Source: Candidatus Anderseniibacteriota bacterium
GTDB taxonomy: Bacteria > Patescibacteriota > Andersenbacteria > UBA10190
Length of the DNA stretch: 64,000 bases
Assembly: GCA_021414205.1 (NCBI GenBank)
Contig: JAIOOW010000003.1
Coordinates: 195,370-259,369 of the forward strand
Direction of reading: 5' to 3'
Under the pieces are notes generated by a model. The model was not told the DNA's origin. It was given only the letters and a program-made list of their open reading frames with translations, and ran no database searches. Shown here one piece after another: positions 1 through 10,772 of this stretch; positions within the stretch are counted from its first letter, which is position 1; every line of letters starts with the position of its first letter. Both the position numbers and the translations under genes were made by a program.

Positions 1-1
1 G

Positions 2-523
2 GAGGCATCTTCAAATTTGGCGCGATACGATGGGTTGCGATACGAGGTCGGAGAAGAGCGGATTGAAGCATTGCTCGATCACTATAAAAGAATTCGCGGC
101 GAAGGGTTCGGGCCAGAAGTAAAGCGTGCAATTTTAATGGGAACATATGCGTTATCGAGCGGATATGTTGAGGAGTGGTATGGGAAAGCATCGAAAGTGC
201 GAACATTGATTAGAAGGGAGTATGAACAAGCATTTCAAGAGGTCGACGTTATTGTAGGGCCCGTATCTCCGGAACCAGCATTCTTGCTCGGAAGCAAATC
301 TTCTGATCCACTCGCGATGTATTTAGCTGATGCGTATACGGTGCCAGTCAGTGTTGCCGGATTGCCTGCAATGTCAGTTCCGTGCGGAATGACGAAAAAT
401 AATTTACCTGTTGGTTTGCAAATTATCGCATCGCATTTTCAAGAAGAAACAATGTTTCAAGTTGCATCCGCATTCGAGGACGCGCACGAATATAAAAATC
501 TTTCTCCAAAGTTACCTCAGTGA
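2..523 (+). CDS. gatA: Glu-tRNA(Gln) amidotransferase subunit A, C-terminal fragment (5' end lies upstream of window)
   Basis: ORF 17..523 is open to the window edge; amidase-family GatA C-terminus (GLPAMSVPCGMT, LPVGLQIIASHFQEE). Confidence 0.8.
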   Translation, partial: EASSNLARYDGLRYEVGEERIEALLDHYKRIRGEGFGPEVKRAILMGTYALSSGYVEEWYGKASKVRTLIRREYEQAFQEVDVIVGPVSPEPAFLLGSKSSDPLAMYLADAYTVPVSVAGLPAMSVPCGMTKNNLPVGLQIIASHFQEETMFQVASAFEDAHEYKNLSPKLPQ

Positions 524-2107
524 CGGCAGGAGCGATACGCCTGTCATTTGTGCCGGTTTTTCTATGGAAAGAATATCTAAAATAGTTGGCGCAACGTCAG
601 ATAATACGCCGATCGGTTTCGATATAATTTGATGCATTTCAGTTTCGCTTTTTGGTGCAGATCGTTTGAATTGCTGTGCTACTACGTGAACGATGACCGG
701 GTTCGTTGTGTGATCGGTTTCAATCGCATGAGTTGTGGGGTTGATCATTTCTTCTGCGTTCCCATGATCTGCCGTTATCAGCATTGCGCCATTATGCGAG
801 AATACCGATTCTTGAATTCGTGCAATGCACGTATCCACGAAGCTGCACGAAGTAACTGCTGCATCGAAATTTCCCGTATGCCCGACCATATCCGCGTTTG
901 CGAAATTAATAAAATAAATATCGTAATTGTTTTTATTAATTTCTTCTATTGCTTTGTCTGTTATTTTTTCCGCTTGCATTAGAGGCTCTTCGGAGAAATC
1001 GGAAACGCTTGAAGAGGGGATCATGACTCGGTCTTCGTTCGGATATGGCTGTTCGTTTCCGACATTTAAGTAATACGTTACATGCGCGTATTTTTCTGTT
1101 TCTGCGATATGGAATTGTTTTAAATGTGCATCCGCAAGCACTTTAGCTAGTGGATTACTCGCGATATCTTCGATGTATGCAGAGGGGCAATCGAATGTAT
1201 CGTCGTATTTTGCCATTGTGGCAAAGTAGAGATTTTGTAATGGTGTTATCGGAAAGCCTGCTTTGCTTGGTTCTATGAATGCTTGGGTAAGTTGGCGAGC
1301 GCGGTCTGGTCGAAAATTAAAGAATATAACAGCGTCGTTATCTTTAATATGCGTTACTGGTTCGCCTCCGCGCGTAAGGGTGGTTGGCGCTATCTTCTCA
1401 TCAAAAATACCGTTTTTATACGAACGGGCGATTGCGCTTGAGGCGGAAGCAGCCCCTTCTCCGCGAGATTTTCCGGTCAGCATGTTATAGGTGCTTTCCG
1501 TTCGATCCCAATTATTATTTCTGTCCATCGCATAAAATCTTCCTGTTACGGATGCGATCTTTCCAACGGCGAACTTGCCAATCGCATCTTCTAGTCGGTT
1601 GATAAAAATAGGAGAGCGTTGTTTTCCGGTATCTCGCCCATCGGTGAACATGTGGATATACACGCGCTCATGCATGCCTTGCTGTGCACATGTTTCTAGA
1701 AGGGCTATAAGGTGCCTCAAGTGCGAATGAACGCCGCCATCGGAAACCATTCCCATAAGATGAAGGTTTGAATGATTTTTTTGGACGTGTTCTATCGCAT
1801 TTAAGAAGACGGGGTTGGTATAAAACGTTTTATCCTGGATTGCTTTATCTATTTTAGGGAGTACTTGATACATGACCCTGCCCGCGCCGATATTGCGGTG
1901 TCCGGTTTCAGAATTCCCAACTTCGCCCCAGGGCAATCCTACTTCTACTCCGGAAGCAGATATTGCCGCGCTCGGATAATTTTTTATATACTCGTCCATC
2001 GTCGGCGTGTGTGCAGTTGCGATTGCGTTTCCTTCTTTTGCAAGACTAATACCCCAGCCGTCCAGAATAATTACGACTAACGGTTTTGGAGGAGCTTGAA
2101 ATCGCAT
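512..2107 (-). CDS. gpmI: 2,3-bisphosphoglycerate-independent phosphoglycerate mutase
   Basis: 531-aa ORF; iPGM hallmarks (N-terminal VVIILDGWGI, SDGGVHSH, ITADHGNAE metal site). Confidence 0.9.
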   Translation of the reverse strand: MRFQAPPKPLVVIILDGWGISLAKEGNAIATAHTPTMDEYIKNYPSAAISASGVEVGLPWGEVGNSETGHRNIGAGRVMYQVLPKIDKAIQDKTFYTNPVFLNAIEHVQKNHSNLHLMGMVSDGGVHSHLRHLIALLETCAQQGMHERVYIHMFTDGRDTGKQRSPIFINRLEDAIGKFAVGKIASVTGRFYAMDRNNNWDRTESTYNMLTGKSRGEGAASASSAIARSYKNGIFDEKIAPTTLTRGGEPVTHIKDNDAVIFFNFRPDRARQLTQAFIEPSKAGFPITPLQNLYFATMAKYDDTFDCPSAYIEDIASNPLAKVLADAHLKQFHIAETEKYAHVTYYLNVGNEQPYPNEDRVMIPSSSVSDFSEEPLMQAEKITDKAIEEINKNNYDIYFINFANADMVGHTGNFDAAVTSCSFVDTCIARIQESVFSHNGAMLITADHGNAEEMINPTTHAIETDHTTNPVIVHVVAQQFKRSAPKSETEMHQIISKPIGVLSDVAPTILDILSIEKPAQMTGVSLLPSLR

Positions 2108-2487
2108 GAATTGTATTATAGCACGCGCGCCTTTTAGCTTTGATGTAGCGGGAGCTGGGATTGCACCAGCGATCTCCTGGTTATGAGCCAGGCGAGATAC
2201 TACTTCTCCATCCCGCGATAAACACTGTGCAGGGACTATACCAGAAAATTATTTTTTTTGCCAGTGTGTTGTCAATAAACTGTAACAATTTACTTTTCTA
2301 AACTATTGCGGCAAGAGCTTGTCAGGGCAATAGTGGAACTACGGCCACAGGGGAGTTTTCAGCAGATATGATGCACACAAAATCATATAGCTCGTAAACG
2401 TACTTTTTGTGAGTCCTAAGAAGCATCCGGCCTCTTCGCCACTTGGCGAATAGAGAAACCGGCTTAACAACCCGCCAATTCGGCGGG

Positions 2488-2515
2488 TTGTCCTATTATA
2501 AATACTCTGTATAAT
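2488..2515 (+). promoter_or_regulatory. putative sigma70 promoter for tRNA (TTGTCC-16nt-TATAAT)
   Basis: -35 TTGTCC 2488-2493, -10 TATAAT 2510-2515, about 10 nt upstream of tRNA 5' end. Confidence 0.4.
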
Positions 2516-2525
2516 GGCCTGTATT

Positions 2526-2599
2526 GGTGACGTAGCTCAGTCGGTTAGAGCGTGGGACTCATAAGCCCGAGGTCGGAGGTTCGATTCCTCCCGTCACCA
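2526..2599 (+). tRNA. tRNA with CAU anticodon (elongator tRNA-Met or tRNA-Ile2/lysidine; G1-C72 so not initiator)
   Basis: Manual cloverleaf: acceptor GGTGACG/CGTCACC, D GCTC/GAGC, anticodon loop CTCATAA, T arm GGAGG-TTCGATT-CCTCC, discriminator A; CCA not encoded. Confidence 0.75.
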
Positions 2600-2648
2600 C
2601 AATAAAAAGGCTATATAGCAAAAAATATCCAATCAATCATACAAATAC

Positions 2649-2677
2649 TTGACTTTTTATAAAAAAAAGAGTATTAT
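2649..2677 (+). promoter_or_regulatory. putative sigma70 promoter (TTGACT-17nt-TATTAT)
   Basis: -35 TTGACT 2649-2654, 17-nt A/T spacer, -10 TATTAT 2672-2677; followed by ~150-nt hairpin-rich leader. Confidence 0.4.
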
Positions 2678-2828
2678 ATCATTGTTTCGTGAGGACTGAG
2701 AGGTCTTTTACAACATGGTGCGAAGCAGGTGAGCCCGCTATTGGCGGTGTCAGTGATCTTTTTCGCTGGTCGCCAGTACCGGGCTTACCAAAGTGGTAAG
2801 TCTTTGAAGTAAAAAACGGAGGTGTGGC

Positions 2829-3026
2829 ATGTTTGTTGTTATTCAGTTTGTTCATCCATCGTTGAGAAGCGCCGTCATAGTACCGGTTCAAAAAGGGCGA
2901 CTCCCTGAGTCGGTATGGGCTGCTCCGCGCATCAACTTCGACATTCTGGGTTTGTTTTCTCAATGGTATGACGCAGCATCCGCTGCTGTCACAGCTCGTC
3001 TTGTGTATCGCACAGTAGCCGAGTAA
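2829..3026 (+). CDS. hypothetical small protein (65 aa)
   Basis: ORF with strong SD (ACGGAGGTG, 4-5 nt before ATG); the overlapping 153-aa minus-strand ORF looks random. Confidence 0.3.
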   Translation: MFVVIQFVHPSLRSAVIVPVQKGRLPESVWAAPRINFDILGLFSQWYDAASAAVTARLVYRTVAE

Positions 3027-3150
3027 ATTCTGTGTTTTGCTGAACATTAAAATCGAGCGGTCTTTATCATTTTGATACTGACCGCTTTTCTCTTGGATTC
3101 GCAACAACGCGTTGTGGATCAAAGTGGAAAAATAATACAAAGGGTTTGCG

Positions 3151-3528
3151 ATGTCGTTTCATTGTTTGCTTGATAACGTTCAGGCGGGCGAGATGCTGCG
3201 AGACGTTTCTCAGTGGGAAACGTCAGTCGTGTGTCTATCTTTTGCACTCGAGTTTTGGGCTATGGGCACAAAACACGGAGTAGGCACTACAGAGAAAGCA
3301 CAAGAAAAGCTTCAGAAAGTGTTTGTGCTGATGGAGCTTTCCAGCCGACTGGATCTGATGGCGAGAAACCATTTTGGCTTTTTGCCAACTAAGAATCGAG
3401 TTTGGCGGGGCAAGGAGGCGCGCCACGGTAATTTCGTCGGAGCTCTGGCGACGGTTCTTTGTCAGAAGTTTCAGCTTGGTACATTTGAAGAGTTGTTTCG
3501 AGCTCATCTGAAAATTGTCGGGCTTTGA
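3151..3528 (+). CDS. hypothetical protein (125 aa)
   Basis: ORF with AAAGGG-6nt-ATG; no recognisable domain. Confidence 0.3.
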   Translation: MSFHCLLDNVQAGEMLRDVSQWETSVVCLSFALEFWAMGTKHGVGTTEKAQEKLQKVFVLMELSSRLDLMARNHFGFLPTKNRVWRGKEARHGNFVGALATVLCQKFQLGTFEELFRAHLKIVGL

Positions 3529-3627
3529 GGAGGTTCTTTGATCATTGTAAGCAGTCGGCGCCCTTGGGTGTCGACTGTTTTTCTTTACTTTTACCCTATA
3601 GTTTTGTATTGTAGGAAAACATATATT

Positions 3628-3701
3628 GGGCCTGAAGTGTAACGGTTTTGCATGTCTCCCTGTCACGGAGAAGGCAGCGGGTTCGACTCCCGTCAGGCCC
3701 G
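3628..3701 (+). tRNA. tRNA-Asp (GUC)
   Basis: Manual cloverleaf: acceptor GGGCCTG/CAGGCCC, anticodon arm TCTCC-CTGTCAC-GGAGA, T arm GCGGG-TTCGACT-CCCGT, discriminator G. Confidence 0.75.
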
Positions 3702-3718
3702 CCTGTATAATAGATAGT

Positions 3719-4132
3719 ATGACAGTTCGTTTATTCGGCATTGGCACTTTTGCCACATTCTTGTTCTCAACTGGTATTTTAGCGCTCATAATAAGCTGGG
3801 TTGACCCAACCAGTAATGCCAGCGCGCTTGCGATTATATTGTTTTTTCTCGCATTGTTTTTGTCGATCGCGTCATTGTTTTCATTGTTGGGGTACGGAGC
3901 TAGAGCGCTTGTTATTCAGGGTCAGCATCCGGCGCACCGTGTTCGGCCATCGCTTCGCCAAGGGTTATTTTTTGGCATATTTGTGGATATTCTCCTATTC
4001 TTACAACTAGAGAGAATTCTGGCATGGTGGGTGGCAGGGATTATTATTCTTTTATTTGCAGTAGTTGAAATGGTATTTATTTCATATGACAAACATGGAG
4101 CAACAACTCGAGGAACTATCGAAGAAAGCTAA
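3719..4132 (+). CDS. hypothetical small membrane protein (3-4 predicted TM helices)
   Basis: ORF 3626..4132 trimmed to first ATG after the tRNA (MTVRLFGIGTFATFLFSTGILALIISW...); strongly hydrophobic. Confidence 0.5.
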   Translation: MTVRLFGIGTFATFLFSTGILALIISWVDPTSNASALAIILFFLALFLSIASLFSLLGYGARALVIQGQHPAHRVRPSLRQGLFFGIFVDILLFLQLERILAWWVAGIIILLFAVVEMVFISYDKHGATTRGTIEES

Positions 4133-5126
4133 TGGCGAACTCTCAAGTTGCGAAGATGCACAGGCTCTTGAGGCGTGGCGTGTTGCGTATATTGGAAGAA
4201 GCGGGGCCGTATCGGAATTATTGCGAGGAATAAAGGATTTATCTGACGAAGATAAAAGAGTAATAGGGAAGAATGGAAATGCATTGCGACGAGAACTGGA
4301 AGAAAGGTATCAAGAAAAATTACATGTGTTAGAAAAAGCGTCGTCGGGCCGAGGCGTACAAGCTACAAGCTATGATCTAGAGGCTGGGGTAGGCCACCTG
4401 CATCCTCTTACGCTGACAATGAGCCGCGTGCACGAAATTTTCGCATCGTTAGGATTTATAATTGCAGATGGTCCGGAAGTTGAAGAAGCAAAGTTTAATT
4501 TTGATTTATTAAATATTCCAGCAGAGCATCCTGCTCGCGGAGAAGGGGATACGTTCATGGTCGATCCGCTTTCCGTGAACGGTGCTGAGGGTTTGGTGTT
4601 GCGCACGCAGACATCGCCTATGCAAATTCGCAGCGTTGAGGCAATGCGCTTGCATCCGCCGTTTTCCGTCATTGCGCCTGGGCGGGTATTTCGAAAAGAA
4701 AAAGTGGATGCGACACATGAATCCACGTTCTATCAGTTCGAAGGATTGTCAGTGAGTGAAACGACAAGTATCGCGGATTTTAAATTCATTATAGAAACGT
4801 TTTTTTCTACATTTTTTAATGCGGAAGTTACTATTCGACTTCGTCCGTCATATTTCCCATTCGTAGAACCGGGGTTTGAAGTAGATATGAGCTGCCCGTT
4901 CTGTAAAACGGGATGCAAGGTTTGCAAGTATTCAAAATGGATTGAAGTCATGGGCGCCGGCATGGTGCATCCGAATGTGCTCAAGAATATGAATATCGAT
5001 CCGGAAAAGTATCAGGGGTTTGCATTCGGCGGGGCTATTGATCGCCTTGCGATGATCCAATACGGCATCAATGATATTCGCTTATTCTGGAGCGGGGATG
5101 TTCGGTTTTTAAGGCAATTTTCTTAA
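4086..5126 (+). CDS. pheS: phenylalanine--tRNA ligase alpha subunit
   Basis: Class II aaRS motifs (FRxE-like PGRVFRKE, GAGMVHPNVL, GFAFGGAIDRLAM); start taken at MTNMEQQ (alternatives 4065 or 4095). Confidence 0.9.
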   Translation: MTNMEQQLEELSKKANGELSSCEDAQALEAWRVAYIGRSGAVSELLRGIKDLSDEDKRVIGKNGNALRRELEERYQEKLHVLEKASSGRGVQATSYDLEAGVGHLHPLTLTMSRVHEIFASLGFIIADGPEVEEAKFNFDLLNIPAEHPARGEGDTFMVDPLSVNGAEGLVLRTQTSPMQIRSVEAMRLHPPFSVIAPGRVFRKEKVDATHESTFYQFEGLSVSETTSIADFKFIIETFFSTFFNAEVTIRLRPSYFPFVEPGFEVDMSCPFCKTGCKVCKYSKWIEVMGAGMVHPNVLKNMNIDPEKYQGFAFGGAIDRLAMIQYGINDIRLFWSGDVRFLRQFS

Positions 5127-5127
5127 T

Positions 5128-7545
5128 ATGAAACTTTCTACCAATTGGATTAAAGAATTAGTGCCCGGTTTGCAATTGTCTGGGTTAGAAATTGCGGAGC
5201 TTTTGACGAACCATAGTTTTGAAACTGTTGTTGAGCATCAGTATGTAATTGATCCAGCTATTACTGTTGCGCAGATTCTGAAACTAGAACAGCATCCGAA
5301 TGCAGATCGATTGCGGCTTGCCACAATTACCGATGGGGAGAATGAAATTCGCGTGGTGTGCGGCGCTCCGAATATTTCAGAAGGGGATGTTGTTCCGTAT
5401 TCTCCGCCTGGCACCAAAGTATATGACGAAGATGGAAAACTGTTTGAATTATCTGTTGCGAAAATTCGAGGCGTCGAAAGTCCGGGGATGTTGAATTCTG
5501 CGCGAGAGCTTGGGTTGTCGAACGACCATGGCGGTATTTTCTTGCTTCCTAAAGATACTCCGCTCGGAACAAAATTATCTGAATATATTGCAGGCGATAC
5601 GCTGCTTGAAGCAGATATTTTGCCTGATCGTGCGCATGACTGTTTGTCCCATATCGGAGTTGCAAGAGAGGTTGCCGCTCTTACAAAGCTTTCTGTTCAA
5701 GAGCCAGAAACGATGGAACTCCCCGAAGCGTCTGAGCAGGTTGATGGCTGGAATGTGCGGATAGAAAATCCGGCAAGCGCATCCCGTGTTATGGGGATTG
5801 TATTCGAGGGTGCACAAGAAGGTGCGGAAACGCCGATTGTTATGCAAGCACGGTTACTTTCTCTTGGCGCTCGGCCCATTAACCCGATAGTCGATTGTAC
5901 GAACTATGTCATGTTTGAATATGGCCAACCATCGCACGCATACGATCAGGCAAAATTGCAGGGTAAGAACATTGCGGTAACAGAAACGAAAAGCGAAGTA
6001 TTATTCTCGGCACTTAACGGAAAACTATATCAGCCGGCACATGGCGACCTGCTTATTGAGTGCGAAGGCGAAACTATCGGCCTTGCAGGTATTGTCGGGG
6101 GGACGAGTTCGCAGGTTGATAACGCCACCAACAATATATTTTTAGAAGTTGCTACGTTTAATGCGTTCGCAATTCAGCAGGCAAGCGCGCATATCGGCCT
6201 TCGAACAGAAGCTGCAAGCAGATTCTCAAAAGGCATTAGCCCTGTTGTTGCCGGTGTTGCTTCGTCTCGATTAGCGCAGCTTATAATATCGCTTACGGGC
6301 GCGCAGATGCGCGGCGTAATCGATACAAATCCTGAGATGCAAACGCCGAAACCCATTATGTTCCGCCCGGCACGCGTGTCTGCATATGCTGGAACTGAAA
6401 TTTCCGCGGACATTTCAGAAGATATTTTAATGCGGTTAGGATTTTCAATTGAAAAAGCCTCTGAAGATCAGTGGGAGATTATTGCTCCTGCGCAGCGCCT
6501 TGATATTCTAGGCGAACATGATCTTATAGATGAAGTAGTTCGCGTGCACGGCTTGTCTGTAATTGCAGAATCAGACATCGCAATGCAAGCGCCTGCTGTC
6601 GCCGTGTCTGACGAAGTTTACTGGATGCATCAGGTTCGAGAAAAGCTTGTGGAGCTTGGGTTTACGGAAACATACAGCTATTCATTTGAAGATGAAGTAT
6701 TTGCAACGTTGGTGAATTCGGAAATTCATCCTCATGTGGAGCTACTTAATCCAATGGCTCCGGAGTTGAAAAAGCTTCGCTACTCTATGCTTCCGGGATT
6801 GCTATCTGCCATGATTACAAGTCGAGATGAAATGCATCGAGATAAAAATGGAGTTGAGCGCGCACTGTTTGAAATCGGGCGCGTATACCATGTCGGAGAT
6901 ACTGGGGTGGTGCCAGGCGTTATCGAGCGAAAAGTCATTGCTGGTATTTCTGTTGGCAGCGAAGATAGGTTGCAAGAAGTAATGGATGCATTTGTTGCTC
7001 AATATAATCTCGCGCCGCTTGATGTTCGTGAAGTTGAAAAGCCGTTCGGGAAGTGCCTGCAATATTCGTACGCAGGAGAATTTTTCGGAATCGGATACGT
7101 GTTTAGTGCCGAGCTGCTTAAGAAAATGAAATATCGCATGCCCGTTGTTGCGTTCGAAGTAAGCGTTGCTGCGCTTATGAAGCACGCACCAGATGTCGAA
7201 ATTCCTGTCCGTTCGTTGCAAGAAGTACGTGATAATTTCAAAATGCCGAATCAATTTATGGAACTTCCAAAATTTCCATCTGTATTTCGAGATATTTCTA
7301 TTCTTGTACCGAGTGATACGGGAGTAGATGCCGTTGAATCTGCAATTGATCAAGTTGGCGGGGAGTTGGTTGTTGATGTGGATGTATTCGATGAATTTTC
7401 TCAGGATGGGGACGATACGAAAAGCTTGGCGTTTCATGTCGAGTATCGATCGCCAGATAGAACGCTCACCGATAAGGAGATTTCCGAAATCCACAAAAAG
7501 ATAGAACATGCGCTAAAGCATCAGTTTTCTGCGGAAATTCGCTAA
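5128..7545 (+). CDS. pheT: phenylalanine--tRNA ligase beta subunit
   Basis: 805-aa ORF 2 nt after pheS; tRNA-binding N-domain, B3/4 and B5 regions, C-terminal FDVF...HxxR motif. Confidence 0.9.
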   Translation: MKLSTNWIKELVPGLQLSGLEIAELLTNHSFETVVEHQYVIDPAITVAQILKLEQHPNADRLRLATITDGENEIRVVCGAPNISEGDVVPYSPPGTKVYDEDGKLFELSVAKIRGVESPGMLNSARELGLSNDHGGIFLLPKDTPLGTKLSEYIAGDTLLEADILPDRAHDCLSHIGVAREVAALTKLSVQEPETMELPEASEQVDGWNVRIENPASASRVMGIVFEGAQEGAETPIVMQARLLSLGARPINPIVDCTNYVMFEYGQPSHAYDQAKLQGKNIAVTETKSEVLFSALNGKLYQPAHGDLLIECEGETIGLAGIVGGTSSQVDNATNNIFLEVATFNAFAIQQASAHIGLRTEAASRFSKGISPVVAGVASSRLAQLIISLTGAQMRGVIDTNPEMQTPKPIMFRPARVSAYAGTEISADISEDILMRLGFSIEKASEDQWEIIAPAQRLDILGEHDLIDEVVRVHGLSVIAESDIAMQAPAVAVSDEVYWMHQVREKLVELGFTETYSYSFEDEVFATLVNSEIHPHVELLNPMAPELKKLRYSMLPGLLSAMITSRDEMHRDKNGVERALFEIGRVYHVGDTGVVPGVIERKVIAGISVGSEDRLQEVMDAFVAQYNLAPLDVREVEKPFGKCLQYSYAGEFFGIGYVFSAELLKKMKYRMPVVAFEVSVAALMKHAPDVEIPVRSLQEVRDNFKMPNQFMELPKFPSVFRDISILVPSDTGVDAVESAIDQVGGELVVDVDVFDEFSQDGDDTKSLAFHVEYRSPDRTLTDKEISEIHKKIEHALKHQFSAEIR

Positions 7546-7590
7546 AAATACCCCCTGGCGCCCATCCTCCTTTTCTGCTACTGTTCTTAA

Positions 7591-9537
<1,947 letters not shown>

Positions 9538-9628
9538 ATTTGCGTTTTTCGCTTTTCTGTTGCATACAGAGGAGTGCTGTTGTGCTGTTTTGATTGATCG
9601 GAGTGTACGTTTTCAAGGAGAGAGGGTT

Positions 9629-10675
9629 ATGTTCGCTGCAGATTATTACGGTGCTCCGCATCAGAATGTGCTGAACGCAATCGGCAGTCTTGCGAGCAAT
9701 TGGGGACGAGGTGCCTACGGGGGCGATGAGCTGACTCGCGTTGCGCAACATGCGGTGCGGGAAAGGTTTGGACTTTGCGACGATGCAGGAGTCTTCTTTG
9801 TTCCGACTGGAACAGCGGGAAACTTGCTTGCAACCGCCACGCTCGTTCCGCATCCGTGGCAAGCTCTTATGTGTGTAGAAAATGCGCACATGACGAAGTA
9901 TGAAGCAGGCGGTCCGGAAAGCCGAGGGCACAAGATTATTCCATTGCCCCATAAGCATGGAAAAATTGATATTCTTCGCGCGCGAGGGATCGTGCATGCA
10001 ATGCGGCAAGATACGCACCAAGTGAATCCCGGAATGCTTGCAGTCGCAAATGCTACAGAGCTCGGGACTGCATATAAACAGAAAGAGTTGTACGCATTCG
10101 GGCAGTTCGCAACGGATTGCAATATTCGACTCCACATGGATGGGTCTCGGCTTGGGTACGCCATGATGGCGACTGAGTTGCCTGAAATATTCAGGAGCTA
10201 TGGATTCGACACCCTGATGCTCGGGCTTACCAAAGTCGGGGCGCTGGATGTGGACGTTCTGATCGTGGCGGACCCGGTACTTGCTCGAACGGTTGCGGTG
10301 TACTATCACAAGCAATGTGGATACACGCGAGCCCGGATGCAGGGGGCCGCGGTTCAGGTGAGCGCAATGCTGCAAGATGATCTGTGGTTGAAGAATGCCT
10401 CTCGTGCGAACCAAATGGCCGTATATCTACGGGATACGCTCTGGAAGAGGCTGCGCGTGGATGCAGCATACCCGGTAGAAACAAATGCATTGTTTGTCAA
10501 AGTTCCGCCCAAGGTTGCGCAGGCGCTTAAAGAAGGCGGCTGGGCATATATCTGGACAGATCCGTGGGAAAACGACGACGGGTGTGTGGTTCGGTTTATG
10601 ACATCGTGGGCGACGACAGACGAGCATGTCGATGAGCTGCGTGCGTTTCTCGAGCAAGAGATGTTTCATAAGTAG
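9629..10675 (+). CDS. low-specificity threonine aldolase family (beta-eliminating lyase, PLP-dependent)
   Basis: Aligns to LtaE pattern: FVPTGTAGNL, LHMDGSRL, PLP-Lys region LGLTKVGA; start at ATG 9629 preceded by GGAGAGAGGG. Confidence 0.8.
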   Translation: MFAADYYGAPHQNVLNAIGSLASNWGRGAYGGDELTRVAQHAVRERFGLCDDAGVFFVPTGTAGNLLATATLVPHPWQALMCVENAHMTKYEAGGPESRGHKIIPLPHKHGKIDILRARGIVHAMRQDTHQVNPGMLAVANATELGTAYKQKELYAFGQFATDCNIRLHMDGSRLGYAMMATELPEIFRSYGFDTLMLGLTKVGALDVDVLIVADPVLARTVAVYYHKQCGYTRARMQGAAVQVSAMLQDDLWLKNASRANQMAVYLRDTLWKRLRVDAAYPVETNALFVKVPPKVAQALKEGGWAYIWTDPWENDDGCVVRFMTSWATTDEHVDELRAFLEQEMFHK

Positions 10676-10689
10676 TAGTTTTTTGGTCG

Positions 10690-10726
10690 AACCGCCGGCA
10701 TACGGATGCATGGCGGTTTTTTCTTT
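10690..10726 (+). terminator. rho-independent terminator
   Basis: AACCGCC(10690-96)...GGCGGTT(10712-18) stem followed by TTTTTTCTTT. Confidence 0.5.
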
Positions 10727-10772
10727 AAAAAATCGTATGGTATTTGTTCTGCGCACCTGCTAGGGTGTAAGT

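Noticed and set aside
2108-2525. RNase P RNA
   Set aside because: Only a weak resemblance to the 3' P4 strand was found. The universally conserved AGGAAAGUCCGGGCUCC 5' P4 motif is absent on both strands.
2679-3140. 153-aa minus-strand ORF
   Set aside because: No SD and random-looking sequence. The plus-strand small ORFs have good ribosome-binding sites and a promoter.
3235-3789. 184-aa minus-strand ORF
   Set aside because: Overlaps tRNA-Asp (3628-3701) and the hydrophobic plus-strand gene. Its composition looks random.
6802-7509. 235-aa minus-strand ORF
   Set aside because: Entirely antisense to the 3' half of pheT.
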